Shown: positions 20,224 to 29,451 of the stretch, one piece after another
How positions within the stretch are numbered: position 1 is the first letter of the stretch
Layout of the letters: every line of letters starts with the position of its first letter
Origin: Gammaproteobacteria bacterium
GTDB taxonomy: Bacteria; Pseudomonadota; Gammaproteobacteria; Burkholderiales; SHXO01
Reading direction: 5' to 3'
Assembly: GCA_041488255.1 (NCBI GenBank)
Contig: JBGPOV010000004.1
Span: 16,866-80,865 of the forward strand
DNA length: 64,000 nt
Translations under genes and position numbers: made by a program
The notes under the pieces: model-generated
What the model was told of the DNA's origin: nothing
The model's database searches: none
What the model saw: the letters and a program-made list of their open reading frames with translations, nothing else

Positions 20224-20379
20224 ACGCAGTGACGGAGGGAAGGGGTGAACGAGCGACGGCGCAAAAAGAGTGTCCCCCGACCGTCTCCGACCGCCGGCGC
20301 AGAGGGAAAGCTCACCCTCTCGCTGTGCTCCTCTCATCCGATTGCGCCGGTGCCGCTGCGCGCGGGTTGCCTAACGCGG

Positions 20380-22299
20380 TTACTTCGCTGCCGTGGCGAA
20401 CCGGTTCTTCAGCGACCTGAGGCGTTCCAGCAGTCCTTGGCCAAACGAGCTGGTCTCGGCCTTCGGGGTGTCCTTCACCTTGTGCCGCTCCAGCAGCTCG
20501 GGTGAGCTCTGGTACTCGGCGTAGCGGGTGATGGCGGAACTCAAGTGCTGCTGCAGTAAGCCCATGTTGACCGGCTTATTGAGAAAGCGGTAGATCTGGG
20601 CTTCGTTGATGAGGTGGATCACCATTTCCGAATCGGAAGCACTGGTGAGCACGACCACCAGGATCTGCGGGTACTTGCGCTTGAGGAGGTTGAACAGGAT
20701 CAGGTAGTTCTCGAACTCGGCGTCGATGTCGGCGATGAACACAGCAATCTCGCGCGCCTCGAGCTCGGCCAGCGCCTGGTCGATGCCCGACGCGTATACA
20801 AGCTCGTAGCTCGACCCCACCAGTTTGGTCAGCGCCTGGTAGAGGCCGGGCCGCTGTTCCAGCAGGAGTATCGCGGCGTCGATCTTCGGCGGGGGCGGCT
20901 GTTTCGGGCGATTCCGCTCCAGCAGCTGCTGGCCGATGTCCACCGCCTCCGCGACCACCTGCTGCAACTCCTGGTTGTCCCAGGGCTTGCTGATGAAGCG
21001 GTAGACCTCGCCCTCGTTGATCGAGCCCACGATAGAGGCGAGGTCGGAGTAGCCCGTCAGCAAGATGCGCACGCTGTCCGGCGAGAGGTCGCGCGCGCGG
21101 CGCAGCAGTTCGACGCCTAGCATGCCTGGCATGCGCTGGTCGCTGACGATCACGGGGATCTTGAACTTGCCGATGAAATCCAGCGCCTCTTTTCCGTTGG
21201 CCGCAGTGAGCACGTGATACCTGCCGCGGAAGATCGTCTTCAGCGCCGTGAGTATCCGCTCCTCGTCGTCCACGAACAGCACGCGCGCGCGCGGTGCCGT
21301 GGTTGTCAGCGCCTCGCTGAGCTGGGACAGCCCACTCACGGTGGGGTCGCCGGCAGTAGTTACGTCGCCGGTACGCGCCAGCGTGCGCAGCTTGCGCGCG
21401 GTACCGAGCATACCGGATGAGGAGCGCGACGCGTTTGCCAGAGTCTCGGGGCGCCGCGAGGGATCGTCTCCCGGGTGATCGGGGATGGCGTTGAAGAGCG
21501 CCTCGCTGAACTCGCGGGCATTGTCGAACCGGTCCTGGGGCGCCTTAGCCAGCGCCTTCTGTACCACCCAGTCCACCGCCGGGGGCAGCAGCGGGTTGAG
21601 ACGGGACGGATCCACGGGCGTTTCGTACAAGATCTTGTTCATGATCTGCCCGCTGCTCTCGCCGGCGAACGGCTTGACGCCCGTCAGCAACTCGTACAGC
21701 AGCACGCCGGCCGCGAACAGGTCGGCCCTCCCATCGGGCGTCTCGCCCAGGTACTGCTCCGGCGACATGTAGCTCGGCGTACCCAGCATGTGGCCGTGCT
21801 GGGTCACATTGGAAGTATCGATGCGGGCGATGCCGAAGTCGGTGACCTTGATGTTGCCTTCACGCGTTACGAGCAGGTTGCCAGGCTTGATGTCACGGTG
21901 AATCACGCCCTGGGCGTGCGAGTAAGCTAGCGCGTCCAGGAGCTGGCTGATGATATCGCGCACGCGCAGCAGCTCAGTCTTCAGGCCTTCGCCGAGGTAG
22001 GCGGTCAGCGGTTTGCCGGCGACGTACTCCATGGCGATAAAGCAGTAATCGCCTTCCTCGCCGTATTCGTAGACCTGCACCACGTTGGCGTGCGCCAGGC
22101 GCGCCGCGGCCTGCGCCTCGCGTTTGAATCGGCGCAGCGCCTCGTCCTTGGTCTCCCGTTCCAACTTGGTTTTGTCTACCAGCTTGACCGCCAGCGTCCG
22201 ATGCAGGACCGGGTCCCAGCCTTCCAGCACGGTCGCCATGCCACCCTCGCCGAGGATGCCGCGCACCTCGTAGCGTCCGATGGTGGTAGGGATATTCAT
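20380..22299 (-). CDS. Cytoplasmic Hanks-type Ser/Thr kinase fused to two C-terminal receiver domains
   Basis: Kinase motifs GEGGMATV, AVK, HRDIKPGN, DFG, GTPSYMSPE. REC1: LFVDDE...SDQRMP...LTG...KPW. REC2: LLLEQ...IADID...LTS...NKP. Confidence 0.9.
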   Translation of the reverse strand: MNIPTTIGRYEVRGILGEGGMATVLEGWDPVLHRTLAVKLVDKTKLERETKDEALRRFKREAQAAARLAHANVVQVYEYGEEGDYCFIAMEYVAGKPLTAYLGEGLKTELLRVRDIISQLLDALAYSHAQGVIHRDIKPGNLLVTREGNIKVTDFGIARIDTSNVTQHGHMLGTPSYMSPEQYLGETPDGRADLFAAGVLLYELLTGVKPFAGESSGQIMNKILYETPVDPSRLNPLLPPAVDWVVQKALAKAPQDRFDNAREFSEALFNAIPDHPGDDPSRRPETLANASRSSSGMLGTARKLRTLARTGDVTTAGDPTVSGLSQLSEALTTTAPRARVLFVDDEERILTALKTIFRGRYHVLTAANGKEALDFIGKFKIPVIVSDQRMPGMLGVELLRRARDLSPDSVRILLTGYSDLASIVGSINEGEVYRFISKPWDNQELQQVVAEAVDIGQQLLERNRPKQPPPPKIDAAILLLEQRPGLYQALTKLVGSSYELVYASGIDQALAELEAREIAVFIADIDAEFENYLILFNLLKRKYPQILVVVLTSASDSEMVIHLINEAQIYRFLNKPVNMGLLQQHLSSAITRYAEYQSSPELLERHKVKDTPKAETSSFGQGLLERLRSLKNRFATAAK

Positions 22300-22330
22300 C
22301 CTTGTCTTGTAGGGCCGGCCAGCGCCGAGT

Positions 22331-24139
22331 TCATGCGGCGAGGGCCTGCGGCTGGACCGCCTTGACAGGCAGGAATACCGAGAACGTGGTGCCGCGTCCC
22401 ACGGTCGACTTCACCTCGATGCGCCCGCCGTGCTCCTGCACGATCCTGTAGGCAATGGACAGCCCTAGCCCCGTGCCCTGGCCCACGTCCTTGGTGGTGA
22501 AGAACGGGTCGAAGATCTTGGACAGTATGGCCTCGGGGATGCCGTGGCCGTTGTCCGACACGTCCACCCGCACCTGCCCGCCCTGGGCGATGCCGGTGGC
22601 CACCGTGATCTCGCCGGACACGTCGTCGGTCGCCTGGGCCGCGTTGGTGACCAGGTTGAGGAACACTTGATTGATCTGGGAGGGAGAGCACTCCACCAGC
22701 GGAATCTCCCGCAGCTGCTTGTGCACGGTCTTGTGCTTTACCATGTTGCGCGCGATCACCAGGGTGCTCTCGATACCCTCGTTGAGGTTGAAGCGTTGCA
22801 GCTTGCCGCGGTCCAAACGGCTAAAGTTCTTCAAGTTGACGACGATCTCCGCGATCTGATCGATGCCGTGCAGCCCGTCGTTGGTCAGATGGGCGAGATC
22901 GGCAGCGTCCGACTCGGCCCGGAACTTGGCCGAAAGAGTAGATACCCGCGTGAACTGCGCCGACAGGTCCGCGTCCGGGACATCGCCGCGCTCGAGCATG
23001 GTCAGTAGCTTCCCGCACTCGGCCACCATACCTTCGACATGGGGCAGCCTTTCCTTGACCGAGGCCAGGCTGGCCTTTACATACGCCAATGGCGTATTGA
23101 TCTCGTGAGCGATGCCGGCCACCATCTGGCCCAGCGAAGACATCTTCTCGGTCTGCACCAGCATCAGCTCCGATTCCTTCAGATGCTTGAGCGCCTCGGA
23201 CAGCTCCTTGGTCCGATCTTGCACCTTGTGCTCCAGATTCTCGTTGGCTGCCTTGAGGGCCTCGTTGGCCTGGTTGATCTTCACATTGCTTCGGCCCAGT
23301 TGCCACAGCACGTAGCCCAGGAATACCAGCAGCGCCAGGGAATAGAAGAACACGTAGACGCGGAACAGCTCCTTCTCTTCGGCGATGGTCTGAAACTCGC
23401 GATCATAGGCGTCATTGAGCGAACTGATGCGCGGCGCGGTGGGCAGCAGCGCGAGCTGCTCGGCAAGTTGCGTCGCGCCCGGCTCCTGCTTGAGCAGCAC
23501 GGCCACTGTCTGGGCCAGGCCCGACAAGGGCGTGCGGACGGCCTCTGGGTACTGCTCCGCCGACTGCACCAGGCTGGCGGTGGCCCCCTCGACCGCCTGG
23601 CGTGCGTTGTCGTCCGGCTGCACATACAAGCGTAGCAGCTCGGCGTTCAGCGCCACGAGCTGTCCTTCCAGACCAGCGAGCTTCTGCCGCTGCTTGGCGT
23701 CGGTTTCGGCCAGGCGGGCCGCCGTCTGCCGTATGCCGGACAGCTGCGCCAGTAGGTCCTTGAGCGTAGCGCGCAGTTGCGCGTTCACTTGGTCGAACTG
23801 GTCCATCAGCTTCTGCTTTTCCAGGAATGCGCTGCGCAGGCCCTCGACCCCAGTCGCCAGGGCGCGGTTCTTGAGCGCCGCCGTCTCCGAGCCCAGATCA
23901 TCCAGCAGCGGCTGCAAACGGGCCATGGGGTCGCGCGTGCGGACCTCGGCGTTGACCGCGTCGCTGCGAGCGGCAGCGATATCGCGATTCCAGCGGGTAT
24001 CGATCTCCTTGAGGCTGCGAAGGTCGGTGACGATCTGCGTCTGGCGTTTCAGATCGCCGCCCTGACTCTTCACGTAGAGGAAGGCGAGCACTCCCACCAG
24101 CACCAGCCCCAGGAGCATCCGCAGCACTCGGCCAATCAT
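22331..24139 (-). CDS. Membrane sensor histidine kinase with all-helical (DAHL-like) periplasmic domain
   Basis: Two TM helices flank a helical sensor region. H-box AHEINTP, N-box NLVTNA, DNGHGI, FDPFFTTK, GTGLGL. The DAHL call is by resemblance. Confidence 0.88.
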   Translation of the reverse strand: MIGRVLRMLLGLVLVGVLAFLYVKSQGGDLKRQTQIVTDLRSLKEIDTRWNRDIAAARSDAVNAEVRTRDPMARLQPLLDDLGSETAALKNRALATGVEGLRSAFLEKQKLMDQFDQVNAQLRATLKDLLAQLSGIRQTAARLAETDAKQRQKLAGLEGQLVALNAELLRLYVQPDDNARQAVEGATASLVQSAEQYPEAVRTPLSGLAQTVAVLLKQEPGATQLAEQLALLPTAPRISSLNDAYDREFQTIAEEKELFRVYVFFYSLALLVFLGYVLWQLGRSNVKINQANEALKAANENLEHKVQDRTKELSEALKHLKESELMLVQTEKMSSLGQMVAGIAHEINTPLAYVKASLASVKERLPHVEGMVAECGKLLTMLERGDVPDADLSAQFTRVSTLSAKFRAESDAADLAHLTNDGLHGIDQIAEIVVNLKNFSRLDRGKLQRFNLNEGIESTLVIARNMVKHKTVHKQLREIPLVECSPSQINQVFLNLVTNAAQATDDVSGEITVATGIAQGGQVRVDVSDNGHGIPEAILSKIFDPFFTTKDVGQGTGLGLSIAYRIVQEHGGRIEVKSTVGRGTTFSVFLPVKAVQPQALAA

Positions 24140-24627
24140 GGTAGACCCGGATTCAGGTGATTTATCTGTTGCGCCGGCCAGTCGCACATCCCCTTTAAGC
24201 CCCGGCCGATCGGTAAGCGTTGAGCTTACAAAGTATTATCGGCAAAATGCACGTTCCATGCCAGACCGTCGGCGAAGGGCGACATCAGCTTTGTCGTCAC
24301 AGCAGCGAAACCCATCACCGGCCCACTGCGTCGGGAAACGGGGCCGCGATCTTGGGGGCGGCCTTGGGGTCGCGGGCGACTGCGATGAGCCTTTGCTTGA
24401 ACCCTGCACCAGCTCGGGCGTCGTGCCATCGGCCAGATTGTCCGCGATCGCGCTGCCACGCGCAAAAAAATTCTGGTCGGCAGGGTAATCGCCAAACGCA
24501 TCCGGCGCATACTCGACGAGCCCTTCTCCTGGAGGTGAAGCCAGCCGCCCCTTCTCGGCCACCGCTTCGACGTTGGCACAGAGGCGGCAACCAGTCACTG
24601 ACACGATCAGCGAAAAAAGCGACGCAG

Positions 24628-25233
24628 TTAACTGAAACCGACATCCAGCGTGCGAAGCTCCACCAGGTCCTCTGGAGTATCGACGTCGAATGCAAGCCCG
24701 GCTGGGTCGACGATCGCGCTGCGCATGTCGAGCTGCCGCACGCAATGGAGATGCCGCTCGAAGCTGTTCGGACCGAACGAGAAGTCGAACACGACGCGCG
24801 CCTCCAGGCAAATCCCGTTCGTTCCTTGCCTGGTGCGATCTGGCGCGAGAGCAATGGTGCCGACCGATGACGCGCCGGCCAGGCGGCGCAGATCGTCCGC
24901 CTGCAGCAGCGGGAGATCGCACGCCACCATCAACATCCGCGTGGCGTCCAGGTCGTTCAGCGCGAGTTGCGCCTGCCGCAGCGCCTGGTTCAGCCCAGCG
25001 GGTGTGTGCTCGTCGAGCACGCGCGCACCGCACGCGCTCGCACGTGCGCGCGCTTCCTCGCATGGGCTCACCAGGAGCGTTCGATCCAGCCCCGGGAACT
25101 GCGACGCCTGCTCGAGCGTTCGGACGAGCAGCGTCTCGATAAACGCGGAGCGTTGCGTGGTGTCCAGCGCCGGCGCCAAACGCCTCTTGCCATCGCGCAA
25201 GGACCGCACCGGTACGACAAGCCACACGCTCAT
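24628..25233 (-). CDS. cofC: CofC/FbiD guanylyltransferase (F420 biosynthesis)
   Basis: VVPVR..GKRRL, GLN, DLP, GTN, FGPNSF.RH and DVDTPEDL motifs. Confidence 0.9.
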   Translation of the reverse strand: MSVWLVVPVRSLRDGKRRLAPALDTTQRSAFIETLLVRTLEQASQFPGLDRTLLVSPCEEARARASACGARVLDEHTPAGLNQALRQAQLALNDLDATRMLMVACDLPLLQADDLRRLAGASSVGTIALAPDRTRQGTNGICLEARVVFDFSFGPNSFERHLHCVRQLDMRSAIVDPAGLAFDVDTPEDLVELRTLDVGFS

Positions 25234-26195
25234 TCGCCACTTCCCGCCGCAGGCGGCGCAGCCAGCGAGCGCGCGAAGTCGATGACGCGGCTGGCCAACA
25301 CCACCCGGTCCGACGGGTCCTTCATGACCGTGTTGGTGACAAGGGAACAGATGCCCAATGCGGAGATGGATGCGCCTAACTCCAAGTCCGCCTTATCCAC
25401 CACCAGCGCGTCGATGAGCCCATTGTAGAAGCGTGCGACTTCGAGCGACGAAGGCTCCTTCCCCAGCTCGCGCATGATCTTGGCGGCCGGGCCCTTGAGG
25501 GCTCGTCCTGCCACGATGGGCGATACGGCGATCACGGGCACCCGACTGCGCTGCAGCACCGTGCGCACACTCTCCAGCGCAAGGATGGGAGCAATGCTGA
25601 GATAAGGATTCGACGGGCAGATCACCACGGCCGACAACGATGGGCTCTCGAGGCCATGGAGAAAGGCTTCCGCCATTCGGGCCCGGTCGACCCCGGCGAA
25701 CTCGAGCTTTGCTACCGCCGGCTCGGCACGCCGGCGCACGAAATACTCCTGGAAGGCCAGGACGCCGCCGGTGGTATGCACGAGGGTACGCACGGGCTCG
25801 TCGCTCATCGGCACGACGCGCTGGCGGACGCCCAGCTGTGCACACAAGCGTTCGGTGACGGCGGACAAGCTCTCGCCTGCACGCAGCCGGCGCGTGCGCT
25901 CGACGTGCGTGGCGAGGTCGCGGTCTCCAAGCTGAAACCACGTCTCTCCGCCCAGGGCCCCCAGGCCCTGCATGAAGTTCCACGTCTCTCCCGCGATGCC
26001 CCAGCCCCGGGCCGAGTCGTTGATGCCCGCGAGGGTATACATGACCGTGTCCAGGTCCGGTGAGACATGCAGTCCCAGGTGCTCGAAATCGTCACCGGTA
26101 TTCACCACCACCATCAGCTCGTCAGGGGCGAGGACGTCTGCCAGGCCCTTGGCGAGCTTGGCCCCTCCCACGCCGCCGGCGAGCGCCATGATCAT
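25230..26195 (-). CDS. cofD: CofD/FbiA phospholactyl/enolpyruvyl transferase
   Basis: [39 protein letters not shown] and KGPAAK motifs; ATGA overlap at 26195. Confidence 0.95.
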   Translation of the reverse strand: MIMALAGGVGGAKLAKGLADVLAPDELMVVVNTGDDFEHLGLHVSPDLDTVMYTLAGINDSARGWGIAGETWNFMQGLGALGGETWFQLGDRDLATHVERTRRLRAGESLSAVTERLCAQLGVRQRVVPMSDEPVRTLVHTTGGVLAFQEYFVRRRAEPAVAKLEFAGVDRARMAEAFLHGLESPSLSAVVICPSNPYLSIAPILALESVRTVLQRSRVPVIAVSPIVAGRALKGPAAKIMRELGKEPSSLEVARFYNGLIDALVVDKADLELGASISALGICSLVTNTVMKDPSDRVVLASRVIDFARSLAAPPAAGSGE

Positions 26196-26854
26196 GGCTC
26201 GCGGTCCTCGTAGCGGGCGACCTCGGACAGGGGACGGCGCCGGAACGGCTTGCCGCGATCCGCGGGGTAGCCGAGCGTGATGATCGCTTGCGGCTCCCAA
26301 TCCGGCGGCAGAGCCAGCACAGAGGCGACCGTATCGGGGCAGAACAGGGGAGCGCACATCCAGCAGGCGCCCAAGCCCGCGGCATGCGCGGCAAACAGAA
26401 GATTCTGTGCAGCCATGGCCGTTCCCTGCAGGGCCATAGAGCGCTCGGCCTGGTTACGCCTCTCGTCGGCGTAGCGATCCATGTCCGCCATCGTCATGCA
26501 CGCGAGCACCAGAATCGGCGCGCCGGTGAGTCGCGCATGCGAGCGCGATACATCGGCCTCGATCGCCTCCAAAGGATCGCCGTCGCGGAGGCGATCGAAG
26601 CGCAGCCGGTCGCCCATCGCCTGTGCCAGTCGCTGTTTCGTCGACTGGGCTTCGAGCACCAGAAAGCGCCAGGGTTGGCGGTTGTGGGCCGAGGGCGCTG
26701 CGGTGGCCACTTCCAGCAGCCAATCGACGAGCTCCCGCGCGACCGGCAACTCCAGGTACCGCCGGATCGAGCGACGCCCGGCGAGAAACTCCCGCAGCGA
26801 GCGGCCCAGGGCCGTGTCGCTAGTCGGGTAATCTTCCTTCGCGCCCACTGCCAT
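26192..26854 (-). CDS. Stand-alone nitroreductase resembling the FbiB C-terminal domain (FbiE-like dehydro-F420 reductase)
   Basis: RRSIRRY, APSAHNRQPWRF, and GLGACWMCAPLFCP (like FbiB-C). Located between cofE and cofD. Confidence 0.8.
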   Translation of the reverse strand: MAVGAKEDYPTSDTALGRSLREFLAGRRSIRRYLELPVARELVDWLLEVATAAPSAHNRQPWRFLVLEAQSTKQRLAQAMGDRLRFDRLRDGDPLEAIEADVSRSHARLTGAPILVLACMTMADMDRYADERRNQAERSMALQGTAMAAQNLLFAAHAAGLGACWMCAPLFCPDTVASVLALPPDWEPQAIITLGYPADRGKPFRRRPLSEVARYEDREP

Positions 26855-26856
26855 CC

Positions 26857-27633
26857 TCAGCGAAACAGATCTAGCTCTTTTGGCCGAACGAGCTCCGCGG
26901 CCCGGCCTTCGCGCCGCTCGTAAGGGACGCCGCGAATGAGCACGATCGGCGTGCCTTCGTCGGCTTGTCCCATCAGCAGCGAAGCCGCGGCAGCCAGCTC
27001 GTCGGCCAAGCCGACCTGCGTGATGCGCAGGGCGCGCCCGAACAGGTCGGGCTTGCCGCGCAAATCGAGCAGCGCTGCAACGCCGCTCGCGCCGATGGCC
27101 ACACCCACTGTCCCATTTCGCCAGGCTCGCCCATGGCTGTCGTTGATGACGACCGCGACGCTGGCAGCCGTACGCTCGAGCAAGGCCTTGCGCAGTCGCT
27201 CGCATTCACCATCCGGGTCGGCCGGCAGCAGCAACACTCGCGTATCCCCCTGGTTCGCGTCAACGTTCGAGAAGTCGATGCCGGCATTCGCCATCACGAA
27301 TCCCAGGCGGTGCACCACCACCAGCACATCGCGCCGTACCCGCAGCACCTCCGAGGACTCGCGGAGGATCAGCTCGATGACGCGCGGATCCTTCTCCACC
27401 ACCGTGGCCAACTCCAGAGCGCGCGGGGACGGCGTCACCTGGTCGAGGTCCACATAACAGCCCCGGGCCTTGGAGACGATCTTCTGCGCCAGCACCAGCA
27501 CATCGCCCGAGTGCAACTGTTCGCCGGAGTGCGCGACGGCGTTCAGGATCGTCTGGCACAAGTCGTCACCCTCGCGCACCAAGGGCACGCCGCCGAGGGC
27601 GATCAGGCGAGCCTCGCGGCTACTCGCCGTCAC
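26857..27633 (-). CDS. cofE: F420-0:L-glutamate ligase CofE
   Basis: GDVLVLAQKIVSKA, ANAGID.SN, DSHGRAWRNG and ADELAAAASL motifs. The start is uncertain (GTG 27633, or 27762). Confidence 0.92.
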   Translation of the reverse strand: MTASSREARLIALGGVPLVREGDDLCQTILNAVAHSGEQLHSGDVLVLAQKIVSKARGCYVDLDQVTPSPRALELATVVEKDPRVIELILRESSEVLRVRRDVLVVVHRLGFVMANAGIDFSNVDANQGDTRVLLLPADPDGECERLRKALLERTAASVAVVINDSHGRAWRNGTVGVAIGASGVAALLDLRGKPDLFGRALRITQVGLADELAAAASLLMGQADEGTPIVLIRGVPYERREGRAAELVRPKELDLFR

Positions 27634-27765
27634 CTGCAAGCAAGGCTCCGTCAGTCGCAGTGCCGACGCTCCGCCTGGCCCGGGACAGCTCCTGCGCAAG
27701 TTGCCTTCGCACCTTTGACCTTTCACGCGAGGGGAGACGGAGCAGCGCAGCAGGCATGTCACGGG

Positions 27766-28461
27766 TCACGGCTGTTCCGAGCTTTCCAGGCGCGTGATGC
27801 GTATGCCGGCCCCGCTCACCTTGTACCGGGAGTTGATCGAGATGAGGATGGAGGTCAGCGCCTCCGCCCCCGCCGAGTTGGCGATGGGACCGGCATGCAG
27901 GGCGCGCAGCCCGATGTCCGCGGCGAGCGCGATGACCGTCTCCCGCGCCCGCACGTCGTCCCCGCAGACGAGGACGTCGCAGTCCACCTCGAGAGCCGGG
28001 TCTTGCAGGAGATGCGCCGGGACGTTCTGAAACGCGGACACCACCTTGACCGACTCGCCCAACAGCCTCTGGATCGCGGCTACGGCCGAGCCGCCCTCGG
28101 GCAGCTGCACGCGCGCAACCTTGGGGGGTACCAGCGGCACGGTGGTGTCGATCAGGATCTTGCCCTCGAGCGCATCGCGCACCTCTTCCACCGTGCTGCG
28201 CTGCGCGGCGTAGGGGACGCTCAGCACGACGATCTGGCCGGCGGCGGCGGCGGCACGATAGTCCGCGTGCGAGACGCCCACCGTTGCGAGCCGCTGGTTG
28301 AGCCGGGCACAGACTTGGGCGGCCTTCTCCGCGTTGCGAGAGCCGATGATGACGCGGTAGCCGGCATTGGCCCAGCGCAACGCCAGGCCGCTGCCCTCGC
28401 TGCCGGTGCCTCCTAGAATCGCGATACTGGGGCGGTCAGCGGAGCCGGTGGCAGACGCCAT
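27766..28461 (-). CDS. npdG: NADPH-dependent F420 reductase (Fno/NpdG)
   Basis: IAILGGTGSEGSGLALRWA, IGSR, DTTVPL and VVSAFQNV motifs. Confidence 0.9.
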   Translation of the reverse strand: MASATGSADRPSIAILGGTGSEGSGLALRWANAGYRVIIGSRNAEKAAQVCARLNQRLATVGVSHADYRAAAAAGQIVVLSVPYAAQRSTVEEVRDALEGKILIDTTVPLVPPKVARVQLPEGGSAVAAIQRLLGESVKVVSAFQNVPAHLLQDPALEVDCDVLVCGDDVRARETVIALAADIGLRALHAGPIANSAGAEALTSILISINSRYKVSGAGIRITRLESSEQP

Positions 28462-28462
28462 C

Positions 28463-29422
28463 TCATCGGCCTGCAAGCGGGAGCACCTGCCGTGCGAAAC
28501 GCTCCATGGCGGCGAGCGATTCACTCAGCGTTGCCCGCACGAAGTTGAACAGGAGGTGACGCACGCCAAGCGCGCGGAAGGCGTCGATATCCTGGGCCAC
28601 CTGGGCGTCGCTGCCGGTGAACAGTTGGCGTTCACCGGTGTCGACCGTGCTGGTCTGGCCCTCTTTGTACCAGTTGGCCCAGTAGGCGAGTTCGATGCTG
28701 GCCGGATCACGCTTGGCGCGGGTCGCTTCCTCGCGCAGCCGGGAGAGCGCCTGCGAATATCGCTCCGCCGTATCCAGGGGAAACTGCGGATTCGAGCCGA
28801 TGGGATACCAGGCGTCGCCCAGTGCGACGGCGCGACGTAGCGCCGCGGGGCTCTCGCCGCCGATCCACAGCGGCGGGTGCGGTTTCTGCACGGGCTTGGG
28901 CAGGAAGAGGATGTTTTGGAAGCGCGCGTAGCTCCCCTCGAAGCGCGGGTTATCTTCGGTCCACAGTGTCTTGAAGATCCGCAGGTACTCGTCGGTGACC
29001 TTGCCGCGCTCTGCAAAGGGCGGGACGCCGAGGGCCTTGAACTCCTCGTCCATCCAACCGGCCCCGCAGCCGACGGTCACGCGTCCATGCGAGAGGACGT
29101 CGATGGTCGCCAGCGCCTTGGCCGTGAAGACGGGGCTGCGGTGAGGCACGACCATGATCGACGTCAGCAACCGGAGCTTCGTGGTCGCGGCTGCCAGATA
29201 TGCCATCAATGCGAGCTGCTCCAGACAGTCTCCGCTGTCCGCGCCGGTCATCTTGTGTGCCGTGTTGTATGGATAGGGCGAGTCGATCTGGCGTGGGATG
29301 ACGATATGGTCCGGAATGGCGGCATAAGCGAACCCCAGTTCCTCGCCTCGCTTGGCAAGCGCGAGGATGCCCTCGCGGGTGGCGAGCGGGCCGCGTGTCA
29401 AAATGCTGAAGCCATAGTCCAT
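28463..29422 (-). CDS. LLM-class (luciferase-like) F420-dependent oxidoreductase
   Basis: DHIVIP..SPYPY, AKALATIDVLSHGR, GAGW..EEF and PKPVQKPHPPLWIGG motifs; embedded in the F420 genes. Confidence 0.88.
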   Translation of the reverse strand: MDYGFSILTRGPLATREGILALAKRGEELGFAYAAIPDHIVIPRQIDSPYPYNTAHKMTGADSGDCLEQLALMAYLAAATTKLRLLTSIMVVPHRSPVFTAKALATIDVLSHGRVTVGCGAGWMDEEFKALGVPPFAERGKVTDEYLRIFKTLWTEDNPRFEGSYARFQNILFLPKPVQKPHPPLWIGGESPAALRRAVALGDAWYPIGSNPQFPLDTAERYSQALSRLREEATRAKRDPASIELAYWANWYKEGQTSTVDTGERQLFTGSDAQVAQDIDAFRALGVRHLLFNFVRATLSESLAAMERFARQVLPLAGR

Positions 29423-29451
29423 GAAGATCCTTCGTAGTTGGGAGTCTGAAG

